A stretch of 64,000 bases of DNA from Euprymna scolopes. Lineage: Eukaryota. The stretch is taken from the NCBI GenBank assembly GCA_053919585.1, contig CM132793.1; one strand, written 5' to 3'. This document shows positions 63,299 through 64,000 of the stretch, one piece after another. The notes under the pieces are model-generated. The model worked only from the letters and a program-made list of their open reading frames with translations. It was not told where the DNA came from and made no database searches. Within the stretch, counting starts at the first letter, position 1. Every line of letters begins with the position of its first letter. The translations under genes were made by a program, and so were the position numbers.

Positions 63299-63815
63299 AA
63301 ACTGCGTCAATCGCTTTATTGCAGATAAGTAAATATCAATATTTCAAAGTTATGACATTTTATTCTTTATAAAGGAATTTCCACTGTCCATCACTTTATT
63401 GCAGGTTTCTTAAAATGTTGTATTATGACAAAAATACAATGTCTAATCATGAAAACTTTACTTTTTATTATATTTTTCTGTTAAAGAATAATAAACAAAA
63501 GCACATCCTGGGTGCCAAGCCTGAAATAAATTATTTATCGCCAGATCCACCATTTTTTAAAAATAACTTTAAACAACCTTTTGTCCACCGAAGAAGTCAA
63601 TTGTTTGATCTGAAAAGGAGTTATGGTTCTGGCGACATCAACTACTTTCCTCGACAGGGCATCCTTTGAAGTAAATTTCTCTCCTCCCTCATAAACATCT
63701 CTTTTCAATATTGACCAGAGGTGTTCAATGGAGTTAAGATCCGGAGAACACAGTGGCCAGCTCATGAGGGTTTCTCCAAAGAAGTCCATAGATTCAAGCA
63801 TGCCCTAGCAGAATG
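63299..63815 (-). mobile_element. Tc1-like transposon 3' remnant (IR/DR type)
   Basis: WPLCSPDLNSIEHLWSILKR; two direct repeats C[A/G]CTTTATTGCAG at ~63312 and ~63392. Confidence 0.8.
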
Positions 63816-63817
63816 GG

Positions 63818-64000
63818 ATTTTTTTTTTACAAGGTGGCCACCACTTATCAAGGCCCAGAAGCCACTCAAGGATGAGGGTTATTGTAAGTACAGTACGTTA
63901 GTGTGGAGATTTAATACAGTGTCTACTTAAGGGGGCGGTCCATCAGGAATTTGTTTAAGTTGGACTTGAAGACATCCAGGTTGTAGTCATGTGGGAAGCA
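63818..64000 (-). mobile_element. CR1/L2-group subfamily A 3' end (runs off the window)
   Basis: Poly-T plus CCACTTATCAAGGCCCAGAAGCCACTC, matching 61200-61250. Confidence 0.9.

Overview
AT-rich, microsatellite-rich animal (probably invertebrate) genomic DNA with two assembly gaps. It is almost entirely non-coding and dominated by decayed transposable elements. The only host-gene sequence I can support is one 147-bp minus-strand exon (9467-9613) of a subtilisin/kexin-like proprotein convertase carrying the catalytic Asp (ILDDG), so the window is probably mostly intron or flank of that gene. Mobile DNA includes: two full-length but decayed Ty3/Gypsy LTR retrotransposons (34003-38722 with a 5-bp TSD; 47247-52902 with a nested solo-LTR-like insert); about 14 fragments of two CR1/L2-group LINE subfamilies; RTE, RTE-X, I-clade and HERO/NeSL-like LINE remnants; Penelope-like (GIY-YIG) remnants; mariner/Tc1 remnants; at least 7 non-autonomous Helitrons; 5S-rRNA-derived SINEs; foldback elements; and several minisatellites with 28-33 bp units. 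The most interesting signal is a dispersed short element (5 partial copies) with a tRNA-derived Pol III head, a conserved body and a minimal hammerhead-ribozyme-like motif. Its motif and tail are shared with a Penelope-like retroelement in the same window, making it a candidate Penelope-mobilised, ribozyme-bearing SINE. All alignments were done by eye, so element boundaries without a TSD are approximate.
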